A stretch of DNA of 63,850 nucleotides, the filler included, from Trichomonas gallinae (lineage: Eukaryota): NCBI GenBank assembly GCA_008369845.1. It is 4 parts of 4 records of this genome, joined end to end, with 100 filler letters (N's around TTAATTAATTAA, not from the genome) between each part and the next. Parts side by side here need not be neighbours in the genome. Positions count along the whole stretch, not along the records: positions 26,274 to 58,247 come from MRSU01000071.1; 3 more parts are not named here. The stretch is one strand, 5' to 3'. This document shows positions 30,601-40,487 of this stretch, in pieces. The notes under the pieces were generated by a model. That model searched no databases. It saw only the letters and a program-made list of their open reading frames with translations, and was not told the DNA's origin. Position numbers and translations under genes: made by a program. Position 1 is the first letter of the stretch. Every line of letters begins with the position of its first letter.

Positions 30601-30736
30601 ATGTTTTCTTGACATTTTCCATCCATTTCTTGACAATAAGCTCTTCAGCTTCACGGCTTTTGCACTCACCGATGGCGACGCAGGTGTCGTGGAATGCCTT
30701 GGAAAGCTTGATTTTTTGTACGTCTTTGCTGAACAT
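27695..30736 (-). CDS. AP4E1: AP-4 complex epsilon adaptin
   Basis: SKAF.D...AIGECKSREAEELIV, LLGY..SFGQIHAVNL, K.LGYLAC, IIDCLEHPD.SIR..TL.LL..MA; adaptin N trunk, hinge and ear; strong codon bias. Confidence 0.88.
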   Translation of the reverse strand: MFSKDVQKIKLSKAFHDTCVAIGECKSREAEELIVKKWMENVKKTLNKSKIGLSDLYENVISLVHLTLLGYNTSFGQIHAVNLTQDSQMMTKALGYLACSALFDSKSDLIVLIINSTQRDLSSGHPTSMALALTAIAHLITPELIQPVIGFIGQCLNHTVPIIRQKAVMCIDTFVKKDPTCVVDFFPDLCRLLSDPDLSIVNSVVITFRTLLENSLNIRQICDMLPDVIRSAQLILTGNAKVEYVHQRCTAPFVLVNMMKLIQKIALHEQGIHEQVEPVLTQALQANTCESPASSAVLYEAIKTAIALDLTEIPQLRGAISLFMGSKEQNYKYIGLSLLSSIPDFATEFQSTIIDCLEHPDPSIRFITLGLLHNMASEDNAQIIVVNMLRFFQRTKNDIIRRELSDRITDIASKYAPSPLWFAKTMEQLFAIGGNLVRPEVAFQVMRIIDEECDEEMRRSIVNLYLDVAQSSRRLSDVFVTVIAHVIGNYADLSDEYDLSFIILLLCDLADGYDGPREWVLNAILKLLPKIEEVPQEVLDVFENYKQSRSIIVQEICYEAFSLLNFRESLNIVLAMEEEQDPTLSFLDEMVNNAIANGAPQYIPVDDRDTDVIVTAKPTLIYHQYPHNTPGNIYSADGINDGSQAQNVPPQEESFALNTAGVTAVWGSEGLVAPQAAETATPTGYGDATPQTYGAAEPEPAKKPNMFKNLSLASKKNQANTEEAKKEKLAQSIFKGAKPAAKKPLAAKPAAAPAAAPSVQAAPVNIPLSPEQETAIAAAAEESMQPPPQPIAEFSASGIQPVPAFADNQIKVVACAGAGKVLVAVMNDSPYPIGQFSMSIDGPDVLTKDVCSHPANICCIPAQNAVTMLATYSFPKQMKGFPQFKFVCNIEYNGKKVTVPLPANLLTFIQPQQSTTAEFGSQWKSGGSELVYSMPRKEGLTIDEISRIMNTIVHVKTVQRIGQEEIFMGLLTSTPFKILIHAKFGAQKIDIKILTKAQPLTASILNDLKTIFE

Positions 30737-30901
30737 CGAAAAATAAATAATGTAAACCTTTCAATTTTTGATAGAATTTTTTTTAAAACTCGATGAAAAA
30801 TCATTATAAACACAATATTTATCATTATTATCAATAACAGTTCTATATTTTTATGTTATTTTGTCGCCGATTCACGCAAATTTATAGCAAAAGCGACAAT
30901 A

Positions 30902-30941
30902 TTTACACGTCATATTCTGACACATTACATTTTACATGTCA
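30902..30941 (-). promoter_or_regulatory. TGHCAYRTAAA pair
   Basis: tttacacgtca at 30902, tttacatgtca at 30931. Confidence 0.5.
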
Positions 30942-31232
30942 AAATAATATATTTTTAATCACATGTGAGTAATCGTTAGATTTGCAATAAGAATATACAT
31001 ATATTGAGCTTATGTGCTTGTTGTGGCAGCATGAAAAATACTAAAATGACTTTCATGATAATTCAAATTATTTTTGACAAATTTTAACGAATTGCCCCTT
31101 TTATAAGAAAAAGCTGAGAACATCTGGATGTTTTTTTTTCACTTTAGTTTAAGTGGAGTAGCAATTGTAGTTTGCATATTTTGCTTATTGGTTAAAAATA
31201 TATATTAGAATTTATAAAAAAATAAATCAACT

Positions 31233-32813
31233 CTATTCTTTATCTATTGACTGTTTTTGTGGTTTCTCTCTTCTAGTCTTGCTCTCTATAATCTGGTCTA
31301 CGAGTAAAAGCTGGCTGGCAACGAGTGGCGCACTTTGTAATAAAGCGCGCGTTGAGCTGTAGCTGTCGTAGTAACCGAAGTCAGCCGGATCAACAATTTC
31401 ACCTGTTTCTGCATCAACACCCATCCTGTCGCCATCTTCAATGGCGCCTTGAAGATCAGGAATGATGTCGCTTGGATCATGTCCGCTGTTCTTAACCAAG
31501 GCTCTGACAAGCTCCATGATGGCGCGCGAATATACACCTGCTCCGATTCTAACTTCACCTGAAACAGTTTTCATCTCTTCCATGATTTTGTTGGAGAGCC
31601 ATGCCTCTGTGCAAGCTGCTCCTGGAAGTACTTTATCATCATCCAATGCCTGCTTTAGTGATCTGAGGGAGTCTTTGACGCCATCTGTGATCAATCCAGC
31701 AACTTGGTCGTTGACGCCACCAACAACGATTGTGACAGCCTTTGGATCCTTGACTTCATCAACATAGACATATTTCTGTCCTTTGTAGGATTCTTCTGTG
31801 ACTTTTCCGGCAAATCCTAAAACAGATGGAGACAAATCATCAACGCAGTTGACAACATGGCAGCCACAAGCGTGGATGAACCTATTGATGTTTTTAGCTG
31901 ATACACGTCTAAGTGCCGAGATTCCTGCGCGCGAGAAAATATCTAATGAAGCTGTATCAATGCCTTTTCCATTAACAACGAGGAAATCGCAGTTACAGAT
32001 GTCTTTGAGTGCTATGATAGCTTTAACTTTGTCATCGACAAACCTTCTCTCTGCAATCATCAATCTTTCCTTTTGATCTGCGTTTGCAACTGGTGCATAT
32101 GTCGCGTATGTGCTTGGCTCGAGCTCCAAGCTGATGTTCATTGCAAGGATTCTCACGTTTTTCATCTGTTTTGGCATCATGTCGTTTCTGAATCCTTGGT
32201 CAAGTACTACACCTTTGACGAGGCGGATTCCTTGTGCGGTATTTTTGATTCTGAGTATCTCTACTCTGTCCAAGTCAACTGGTTCATTGTCTACTTTGAT
32301 GTATTGGATCGCATCAACAATTGTATCTGAAATATCGAGTGGATGTTTCGTAAGTGCTGCGGTTCTTGCGATATCGCGAAGCATTGAGCGTGTTGGATTA
32401 AGTTTGATTGCGATTTCATCGAGAGATTTTAATGCAATATCGCGTGCTTCTTGCAATCCTTTAACAATCTTGCGTGGATGAACACCATCAGAAATTGCAT
32501 ACTCTGACTCTTTCAAAATAGCGTCAATAAGCGTAACAAGCTTGTTCACGCCATCATGAAACATTTTTTCTTGTGCTAGTGCTGCACGGACAATAAATAT
32601 TGCTGTTGGATGAATAAATGTAAGTCTTTGTAATAAAACACCGCCGTCTTTCGTTAATGTTAGAGGACCTGATTCTGTTTCGAGTAGTTTTGTTGCACCG
32701 TATGGACCTATTGATGACTTGAACAGCTCAGCAATCATGTGTGATGATGAAAAGTTGATGCTTTGTGTCTGTTTACTTTCAAAAATAACAGATTGAGAAT
32801 TTTCCTCGCTCAT
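31233..32813 (-). CDS. CCT6: chaperonin CCT/TRiC subunit zeta-like, divergent
   Basis: SIGPYG.TKLL, LTKDGGVLL, IHPTA, GVHPR.IV.G, LVKGVVLDQG.R..MP, NISLE, GID..SLD, LGFAG.V.E, LLLVD. GDGTT is replaced by HDGVN. Confidence 0.85.
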   Translation of the reverse strand: MSEENSQSVIFESKQTQSINFSSSHMIAELFKSSIGPYGATKLLETESGPLTLTKDGGVLLQRLTFIHPTAIFIVRAALAQEKMFHDGVNKLVTLIDAILKESEYAISDGVHPRKIVKGLQEARDIALKSLDEIAIKLNPTRSMLRDIARTAALTKHPLDISDTIVDAIQYIKVDNEPVDLDRVEILRIKNTAQGIRLVKGVVLDQGFRNDMMPKQMKNVRILAMNISLELEPSTYATYAPVANADQKERLMIAERRFVDDKVKAIIALKDICNCDFLVVNGKGIDTASLDIFSRAGISALRRVSAKNINRFIHACGCHVVNCVDDLSPSVLGFAGKVTEESYKGQKYVYVDEVKDPKAVTIVVGGVNDQVAGLITDGVKDSLRSLKQALDDDKVLPGAACTEAWLSNKIMEEMKTVSGEVRIGAGVYSRAIMELVRALVKNSGHDPSDIIPDLQGAIEDGDRMGVDAETGEIVDPADFGYYDSYSSTRALLQSAPLVASQLLLVDQIIESKTRREKPQKQSIDKE

Positions 32814-33088
32814 TCAAGATTTTAGACTAAAATTTTAAATAATCGTTATCGTAGTGTGTCCCCCTAAATATTTAATTATTCAAATAAGGTTAATCATTAC
32901 ATATGCATTCTATAATTATAGAAATAAGCTTGCAATAAATACGTCTTCATAACTCACAATAAATTAAAAATACTTATCTACATGTTATGATTAAATGGTA
33001 GAAGTATTAAGACCCAAGCTTCCCTATGAAGTCTACTACAAGTGAATATCTATAGTCTGTATTTTTTTTTTGCATTTTTTCCCATTAT

Positions 33089-33119
33089 TTTACATGGCAT
33101 TTTATTATTTTATTTGTCA
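33089..33119 (-). promoter_or_regulatory. TGHCAYRTAAA pair (20-bp spacing)
   Basis: tttacatggca at 33089, tttatttgtca at 33109. Confidence 0.45.
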
Positions 33120-33393
33120 AAATTATTTCTAGAGTTTTCTGATTTTATTTCTCAGCAGTTTATCATCCAAAATGAATGAATCTTTAACTAGATCTTAGGA
33201 ATATTAAATATTGATAAATTTGAAATATAATATCTACCGTGCAAACCTTCGTTTAGCAAATGAGTGAAATAGCCAAATGAAAGTAGAATCATTGTTATGA
33301 TTACTCGACCGATTTGATGATGACAAGTTTTAAATTAATTTTTTCATAAAGACATCAGCAAATTTGGTAAAAAAATAACTTCTAATGCATTAA

Positions 33394-33807
33394 TTACTCA
33401 GCATCTTCTTCCTCTATTACGTATTCTTCTTCATATTCATCAAGCTGGATCATTCCTTTATCTGTAAAGACACCAGAGATCTCTACATCACCATTACCCT
33501 CAACAATTACTGATGGATTCATTGAATATGGAAGATATTGTTCGATTTCAATTTCTTCATCAACTTTGTTGAGAGTAATCAATTCGTCTTTACGCGTCTG
33601 CATCTTAGCATCCTCGGCTGATGCTTCATCCTTGTAGTCCTTAATCTTCAAGTAAACTTTGACTGGCTTCTTATCCTTGCAATTCAACAGTTTGATGGCT
33701 GTAAGAAGGCAATCATCACCCTCCTGCTCGTATTCTATCGGTTTTGTGGAGTTTGCGTTAAAAACCATCTTGAATGGGGTAAATTGCTCTTCTTCTTCTT
33801 CACCCAT
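33394..33807 (-). CDS. small acidic protein, nucleoplasmin-like (NPL) fold candidate
   Basis: LLTAIKL, VKVYLKI, LITL, VEGNGDVEISG beta pattern and acidic tail. Confidence 0.7.
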   Translation of the reverse strand: MGEEEEEQFTPFKMVFNANSTKPIEYEQEGDDCLLTAIKLLNCKDKKPVKVYLKIKDYKDEASAEDAKMQTRKDELITLNKVDEEIEIEQYLPYSMNPSVIVEGNGDVEISGVFTDKGMIQLDEYEEEYVIEEEDAE

Positions 33808-34317
33808 AATTTTTTTTTGTTTTTAAGGAGACACATTTCGGATTTTAACCACGAATTCTACATCGCATACACATAAAATAGCAAAATATTTTAAAAATCG
33901 ACGCTTGATTTTTTTTCATCATCAAAAGTTATTTTTCGAGAGAAGCATCATTATACAAAAGTCACATATGATGTTACAGTATAGAACACATTATTAAAGT
34001 AATATAATATGCGACATAAACTAGTAAAATAATACATAAACTGAAGAAAAAGATGATCATCGAATAGATAATTTTTAGATTAAAAATCATCTTGGTTAAA
34101 TCTTAAAATCTTGCAATATATGTCTTTTCTTTTAATATTTAAACATGTTCATATGATATATATCCAATAGCGTTTGATTTTTTTAAATTTCACTCATGAA
34201 GTACAGCTCCGAATAATGAGTGACATTTCATCCCATCAAGACACATAAAATGCAGCACATTCTTTAAGAGCTGGATTCGCAGTTGAAATTACTTCTTTTT
34301 TGTTGAAAATTTGTTTT

Positions 34318-34361
34318 TGTCATGTAAAAATAACATAATTTCTAATATAATTTACATGACA
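34318..34361. promoter_or_regulatory. inverted TGHCAYRTAAA pair
   Basis: tgtcatgtaaa at 34318 (+) and tttacatgaca at 34351 (-), just before ATG 34371. Confidence 0.55.
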
Positions 34362-34370
34362 AATATATGA

Positions 34371-35204
34371 ATGCTTGCATCTTTGTTTAGTAAAAAGATG
34401 CAAAAGGTTGAATTTAATCATTTATTGTCAACAAATATCATGTTAAATACGGATAAAAGTATGGTAAACTCGACATATACAAGTAGAAACATGCTTATAT
34501 TGAAAAATTTCGTTTCAGTTGATCAATGCACGTTTATAAAGTGCTCATATCCCAAAGAAAAGGGAGGAGGTCTCTTTATTTTCGGAGGAAACGTCTCAAT
34601 TTCGAATTCTATTTTTAATTCTTGCACTGCAAGATCATCTGGAGCAATCGAAATTGCAGATAGTGATAATATTAATTTCACCAGTAATTCAGTATATTCG
34701 TGCAAAGCTCAGCGTGTTGCTGCATGTTTTTTCGATGGACATTCAATGAGTAGCGTTATTTATTTAGAAGACTCGAATTTTACACATAATGAAGCAGAAA
34801 TATGGACTGGAGGTATCAGATTGCAGCATAATTCAGGAAAAATTTCAAATTGTGTTTTTAATCAGAATTTAGCTACAAAATACGGCACAATCTTTGAATT
34901 CAGTAGCCATCCAGGCTACAAGTCTTTCTTTGAGTGCAAATTGATAAATAACACCGCTTCTGAAAATTCCGCTGGATTAACTTTGTTTTTGATGAAATTC
35001 CATGGAGATATTGATGAATGTATCTTCCAAAACAATAACAACTGCTCTATCCTTGTAGCTTCTGATTCTTGCTCTGTAGAAGTTAATAATTGCGTTTTTT
35101 CCAAATCTAAATCAGAAGAATTGATTAAGTTGTATAAAACTTGCGAAGTATATCTGTCGCACTGCAAGTTTGATGCCAATGGAACAGAAAACACTACCAA
35201 ATGA
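34371..35204 (+). CDS. right-handed beta-helix / Pmp-like repeat protein
   Basis: GGGLFI, SGAIEI, GGIRL, repeated C.F..N / S.F..N motifs. Confidence 0.75.
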   Translation: MLASLFSKKMQKVEFNHLLSTNIMLNTDKSMVNSTYTSRNMLILKNFVSVDQCTFIKCSYPKEKGGGLFIFGGNVSISNSIFNSCTARSSGAIEIADSDNINFTSNSVYSCKAQRVAACFFDGHSMSSVIYLEDSNFTHNEAEIWTGGIRLQHNSGKISNCVFNQNLATKYGTIFEFSSHPGYKSFFECKLINNTASENSAGLTLFLMKFHGDIDECIFQNNNNCSILVASDSCSVEVNNCVFSKSKSEELIKLYKTCEVYLSHCKFDANGTENTTK

Positions 35205-35834
35205 TAATTAACTAAATGATAGTAAGAAAGAGGCGTTTGCCTCTCTAGACAAAGATACTGTAGATGCTTACAACGCTTCCGGCTATCACTACTGAGGCTA
35301 GAATACATATATCTATGAGCAGCATATATTATTGAAAGATGTAAGTTTTTGAATCATGGATCTTCTAGTTATATCCATTGACTTAGGAATCATGAATAGT
35401 TCCTAGAAAGACATCACTTGATGGTTTATTGATTGGAAAGATGTTGCATCTTCTATTATTCTCTACTTATGCAAACTGTTTCCAATTCATTTTAACTTCC
35501 AATTTTGTAAACTTATATTCGAATGATTACAAATGAGCTTATTACAAAAGTCTTCCTCGATTCAACCAATGTTATAAGCATGGTCTAAAGATTGGAAAAT
35601 CCTGTAAGCTTTTGATGAAAAACGAACTTATTACAAAATTTCCTTGTTTAATGTTGATCTTATTAAAAAATTATAGTTTAATATTCGACACTTGAATATT
35701 TTTCTTAACCACTGCTTTCTCTTTGTAGAGTTTGCGCAAAAGGTTGTCGATGAACCCCTTGAAATGTATTTGAATATGGCCACTATAAACACTGAATAAT
35801 CATATAATCATATTAGGAAATGCTTGAGAAAAAA

Positions 35835-37166
35835 TCAATCTGATGGTTCGAATTGTTCGAGATATTGAGTTGCAATAAAAGAAATAGCATCGTTTTCGTG
35901 TTCTGTTAAGTCGTCAAGTGCGTCCAACCATTCTTCACTGAGATCTTCAAAGTGATTATCAGGATTTATTTTAATCATTGTTTGCAAGAATAACGTGAGC
36001 TCCTTTATTTCAAGCCCATCTAATGCCTGAAGGAGATTTTCGAACAAGTTATAAGCAATTTGCTCTTTAAATTCGTCTGGGGCGTTTTGGAAGAAAGTTA
36101 TTAAATAGCATAATATTACAACTTTGTTCTGGAACGATATATAGTTCAAATGTTCAAAAGCTTGATCAATTATTCCATATTCTAAACATAGTGGATCAAT
36201 TTGCGGCGATAAAGCAGAAAGAAGATTATATATTTTTGAGGAATCATCAATTAGCTTTTTCATTATAGCTGTGTTGATTGAATTAAGGAATTCTGCACTA
36301 TAGAGTGGAGTTAAATCGATCTCATTGAATCGATTTAAAACAATTGTGCAGATCGTATCAATACATATAATAAGAGTATCTGTGAACCCCAAATACATTC
36401 CATTTAGTAGTCTTTCGAAAAAATGTTCTATTTTTCCGGCGATTTTTGTATCTATCCTTATTAATGCATTAACAACGTTTGAAGCATTCTTGCTTGTAAC
36501 AGGAATGTTTGAACTTATCAAATCTAAACAAGGAGAAATGAGTTGCAAGACAAATTCGTGAAATCCGTTTTGAACCATGAAATAGAATTGAACAAGAATT
36601 TCATTTCTAAGTGAAAAATGATCTATAGAAAATAAACAACTTAAAACATTAAAGTAATCTGGCTGACTTGCAACATAAGATGCTGAATTAGGACTATTAT
36701 GAAAACAGTTTGCAAGAGCATGCATAACATGTATTTTAACAGGTATTTCACCTTCTCTTAGTATAATAATAAGTTTATCAAGGATTTCTTCGTCATAAAA
36801 TAATTCATATTGACGAGGTTTAATGGTATACCAAATGTTGCATAATATTTCTATTGCAATTTCTGATGGTTCACCTTGTAGAGTGAGTAATCGACATATC
36901 ACTGTAATAAAATTGCTATCTAATAATAAATCCGGCATTTTGAAGTTCTTTTGTTGAACATACGCTTGCAAACAGTGTAAAGCGGATAATACCTCATCAT
37001 TTATTTGCTCAGTTTCAAGAATTGATGAAAATATAAATTTGATTGCGTCAACTACTAATGATTCGTCAATAAAATCCGGATTTTCAAACTTGAATTCGAT
37101 TTTCTTTGCATTTTTATTCGTTGTATTTAATGTATTTTGTTGATCATCATCTTTATAATCATCCAT
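35835..37166 (-). CDS. ARM/HEAT-repeat protein
   Basis: 443 aa of Leu/Ile-rich helical repeats (AIEILCNI, HALANCF), with importin-alpha-like C-terminal LDDLTEHEND.IS..A. Confidence 0.75.
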   Translation of the reverse strand: MDDYKDDDQQNTLNTTNKNAKKIEFKFENPDFIDESLVVDAIKFIFSSILETEQINDEVLSALHCLQAYVQQKNFKMPDLLLDSNFITVICRLLTLQGEPSEIAIEILCNIWYTIKPRQYELFYDEEILDKLIIILREGEIPVKIHVMHALANCFHNSPNSASYVASQPDYFNVLSCLFSIDHFSLRNEILVQFYFMVQNGFHEFVLQLISPCLDLISSNIPVTSKNASNVVNALIRIDTKIAGKIEHFFERLLNGMYLGFTDTLIICIDTICTIVLNRFNEIDLTPLYSAEFLNSINTAIMKKLIDDSSKIYNLLSALSPQIDPLCLEYGIIDQAFEHLNYISFQNKVVILCYLITFFQNAPDEFKEQIAYNLFENLLQALDGLEIKELTLFLQTMIKINPDNHFEDLSEEWLDALDDLTEHENDAISFIATQYLEQFEPSD

Positions 37167-37428
37167 TTAAAGATATGATATTGATGAATTGAAAATCAAT
37201 GTCAGAATCTTGACATACAGAGATATGCTACATAAAGTCATTGCTTTATTTTAAAATATTTGATGAAAATTGAAATAATGCTCAATTGAATCATGTACTG
37301 ATGTTTATATACATTTCAATCCGAAAATTACTAGATCCGGGAAACTCATTTGATATTTTTATTTTTTCAGATTGAAAATTTTGATGCGACATGTTGTATC
37401 AATGATTCAGTCTCAAAAACAAAATAAT

Positions 37429-37682
37429 CCGTGATTAATGCTCATATTCTCATTGAATATCTTACTAAAATGAAATCAATATTATTTCAATAATAAAACA
37501 AGATTATAATGAATTCTCATAGTATAACAATATATTGAACCTAATAAATTCATTAACAATGTGATCAATTCTCATATTCTCATTGAACACCGTGATAAAA
37601 TTAAAATTAATATTATAATGAATCCTTATAGCAATAACTATTATAACTATTTCATTAAATTCATTAGCAGTGTGATTAATAC
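37429..37682. repeat. degenerate ~110-130-bp tandem repeat
   Basis: ctcatattctcattgaa, ttataatgaat and taaattcatta.ca.tgtgat.aat each occur twice. Confidence 0.65.
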
Positions 37683-37716
37683 TTGAAATATCAGAAATCA
37701 GCTTTTTGGAAAATAC

Positions 37717-37758
37717 TGACAATGTAAAGTGTTTACAATAGAAATTTTGACATGTAAA
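37717..37758 (+). promoter_or_regulatory. TGHCAYRTAAA pair upstream of B9D1
   Basis: tgacaatgtaaa at 37717, tgacatgtaaa at 37748 (31 bp apart). Confidence 0.5.
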
Positions 37759-37815
37759 TGTCAATTTTTAACAAAAAATCACGTTTTACGTTAAAATTTT
37801 ATTTCGAAGAAAAAA

Positions 37816-38361
37816 ATGGCGCAAAATGTGAATATTCATTTAACAGTCCAAGGAACAATCGACAAATGCGTATCAAACTCATCATGCGACATGTACTGCA
37901 AATTTGGCTTCGTTTCTGGCCAGGATTGGGAAGCTTATGCAGGCAGCAAAGCTGGTGTTTCATATACGACAAGAGTAAATGCGAAACATGAAGCAATATT
38001 CAATTATCCAGTCGGAATATCGCTAAGAACGCAGACTCCTTACGGTTGGCCTCAAATTGTTTTAGCAGTCTACGGATTAAATTCGTTTGGTAATGATAAA
38101 ATTGTTGGATATGGTGCAGTGCATCTGCCTCTTAAACAGGGTACGCATAAACTCAAAGTTCCGCTGTTTTCTCCACGTGCAGAATCAGTTTTCCAAAAAT
38201 TAACAGCATATTTCACTGGTTTATATCCAGAGTTAATAGAAACGAATATTGTAGCACAAGGACCAAACAGAGAAATCATGAAGACCCATTCTAATGGATA
38301 TGTTGAACTCACCTTGAATATGGTTACAAACGAATTGGAACAGTACCAGCTTAGAGTTTAA
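37816..38361 (+). CDS. B9D1: B9-domain ciliary transition-zone protein B9D1/MKSR1
   Basis: YCKFGFVSGQDW, NYP..I....TPYGWPQIVLAVYG.N.FGND.I.GYGAVHLP...G.H...VPLF.P. Confidence 0.9.
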   Translation: MAQNVNIHLTVQGTIDKCVSNSSCDMYCKFGFVSGQDWEAYAGSKAGVSYTTRVNAKHEAIFNYPVGISLRTQTPYGWPQIVLAVYGLNSFGNDKIVGYGAVHLPLKQGTHKLKVPLFSPRAESVFQKLTAYFTGLYPELIETNIVAQGPNREIMKTHSNGYVELTLNMVTNELEQYQLRV

Positions 38362-38798
38362 TACGTTTATTCGCTTTGATTCTATTATTTTATTTGTATA
38401 TTTTTTTGTTTTTTATTGTTTAGATTATTAAATCATCGACTTTGTTTAGTTTGTTATATGCTATTTTTTTTTTTAATTAGAGCAACAATCATTTGAGATT
38501 TTTTTTTTATCAATTCATTGTTATAAAGTTCAATGAGAACCAAGCCAAGTTAAGAATAGTCTGATACTTGATCAAATAAAACATAAGCAAAGAAAAAAGG
38601 AAAATAATTTGATTTTGAAAAATTACTTTAATTTAACTCTAAAAACATAATACAATAAATATATGGAGAAGCTAGCTTCTAATTCTTAATAAAACATAAC
38701 TGATTCAAGTAATTATTATATTACTTGAAATAACAAACATATTATTTTGATGCATTTCGTTTTGAATCAAATTAATAGATTCACTCATTTTGAGATGA

Positions 38799-39311
38799 TT
38801 AATTTGCTGGGTCTACAGTAGCTCCTGGTGTTTGTTCATGCGTTTCTTCGTGAGTTTCTTCATGTGATTCCTCATGGGATTCTTCGACAGGTTGAGCAGG
38901 TGATGGTACAGATAGGTTAATTAGAAGTCTGTTATCGAATGAAAGAGGCTCTGGTTTTGGAATTGGATTATCTATGTCAAGAGTTACACTTCCTGACACA
39001 TATCCTGTTACGAAAACATGGCAAGAAACTCCTGTTGTATAGAATTGGAATTTATCATCATCAGAGAATGAAAGATCAAGCATTGTAGACTCAAAACTGT
39101 TCATAATGAATGGAACTAACAAGGTTTCTTCAGTATCTGGCGTTTTGATGTAAAGATTCACGCGTCCTGTATCTGGTTTTGTTGATTCCATGCCGCAAGA
39201 TGCATTTGACACTGTACAGTGTGCTCCAGCTGGAACAGTAACAGTACAAACTACATCAGGATGGACATCAACAGACCAAAATGAAGTAAAAACATCATCA
39301 GGAAGCTCCAT
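38799..39311 (-). CDS. nucleoplasmin-like domain protein
   Basis: FWSVDVHP, CTVSNAS, RVNLYIK, LDLSF, VFVTGY pattern of the NPL domain; acidic EESH/EETH tail. Confidence 0.75.
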   Translation of the reverse strand: MELPDDVFTSFWSVDVHPDVVCTVTVPAGAHCTVSNASCGMESTKPDTGRVNLYIKTPDTEETLLVPFIMNSFESTMLDLSFSDDDKFQFYTTGVSCHVFVTGYVSGSVTLDIDNPIPKPEPLSFDNRLLINLSVPSPAQPVEESHEESHEETHEETHEQTPGATVDPAN

Positions 39312-39318
39312 TTACAAA

Positions 39319-39369
39319 TGACATGTAAACATATTATCTGACAAATAAACTTTTAATCTGTCATGTAAA
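39319..39369 (+). promoter_or_regulatory. TGHCAYRTAAA triplet in divergent promoter
   Basis: tgacatgtaaa at 39319, tgacaaataaa at 39339, tgtcatgtaaa at 39359 (spacing 20, 20). Confidence 0.65.
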
Positions 39370-39482
39370 CAACAAAATTAAGTTTTATGCGAATAGACTT
39401 GTAATATTATTGTTTATATGTTCACAAATAAAAAGCACAAAATGATTTCATTCAAATTATTTGAAGTTGTCTTAGATATTAT

Positions 39483-40124
39483 ATGGCGTCTACAGGATTA
39501 GCAGTTTTAAGTGGACTTTTCATCTGGCTAATTCTTGTAGGCCTTTCTATCTTCGTTTTTGCTGTCGCCTTCATTGTTCTCGTTTCTATTCGAAGCGCAA
39601 AACTAAAAAATCTAGAAGCAGCAGTTATGGAACCAAATCTACGTACAACTGAAGAATACCTCGGCAAAATGCAGCCATTAGTTGCAGAAGTTTGGACAAA
39701 GAGAGCAACAATTCATCCGATTCCTCCATTGAAACACGTAGCAAAGGGATTTTTATTGACAGAAGACGGTGAAAAATCTATCAGAAATGAAATTTGCAGC
39801 TCTTTGCATACCATTGAAGTGAGAGCAACAGAATTTGATCAAAGTTACACAAGGCAGCGTTCTATGACTGCCAATGAATACTTACATTGGCTAAGTGAAC
39901 AAGAAGGTCTCCAAATACCTATTGATGCTATTGATAATTATCTTAATTTCTTTAACACAGCAAGATATGATTCACATACCTTAGAATTCTCCGAAGAAGA
40001 CTTCACATTCTTTAACTCCCAATATAATAAGATCCTGGATGGAATTCCACCTCCACCTGATCAAGCACCGCTTAAACCAGCAACAACTCTATTGCAGCGA
40101 AGGCAGAAGTCCTGGAATCAATAA
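39483..40124 (+). CDS. single-pass membrane protein with DUF4129/NICE-3-like C-terminal domain
   Basis: N-terminal hydrophobic helix; R..SMTANEYL..L ... Y...F..ARY ... FSEED pattern. Confidence 0.7.
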   Translation: MASTGLAVLSGLFIWLILVGLSIFVFAVAFIVLVSIRSAKLKNLEAAVMEPNLRTTEEYLGKMQPLVAEVWTKRATIHPIPPLKHVAKGFLLTEDGEKSIRNEICSSLHTIEVRATEFDQSYTRQRSMTANEYLHWLSEQEGLQIPIDAIDNYLNFFNTARYDSHTLEFSEEDFTFFNSQYNKILDGIPPPPDQAPLKPATTLLQRRQKSWNQ

Positions 40125-40487
40125 TATATCACACTTTGTTTGGATAATTTTTAAAAATTTGTTAGAATATATATCATCTCCTTTCTTTTTTCGAGACATC
40201 GTATTCATTCCGCACAATATCATGGGATTTCAGCAGTATTGCGCTGTTAATTAGATGGTAAACGAATATGTTCTAACATATAAAAATCTAGACTTGCAGC
40301 GATCTTGAAATCGGCGATACTGCAAGCACTACAGCATGAAAAGATGAGTATTTCATGATAAAAATGATGATTTGAAAAGTTTAATTAAACTTCGATATCT
40401 TTTTTTTTTGTGATAAAACGAGTGGTTTTAATCAAGCTTGGAGGATGTTAGAAGGAGGTCTAAATTAGTTGGACAATATTGTTAAGT

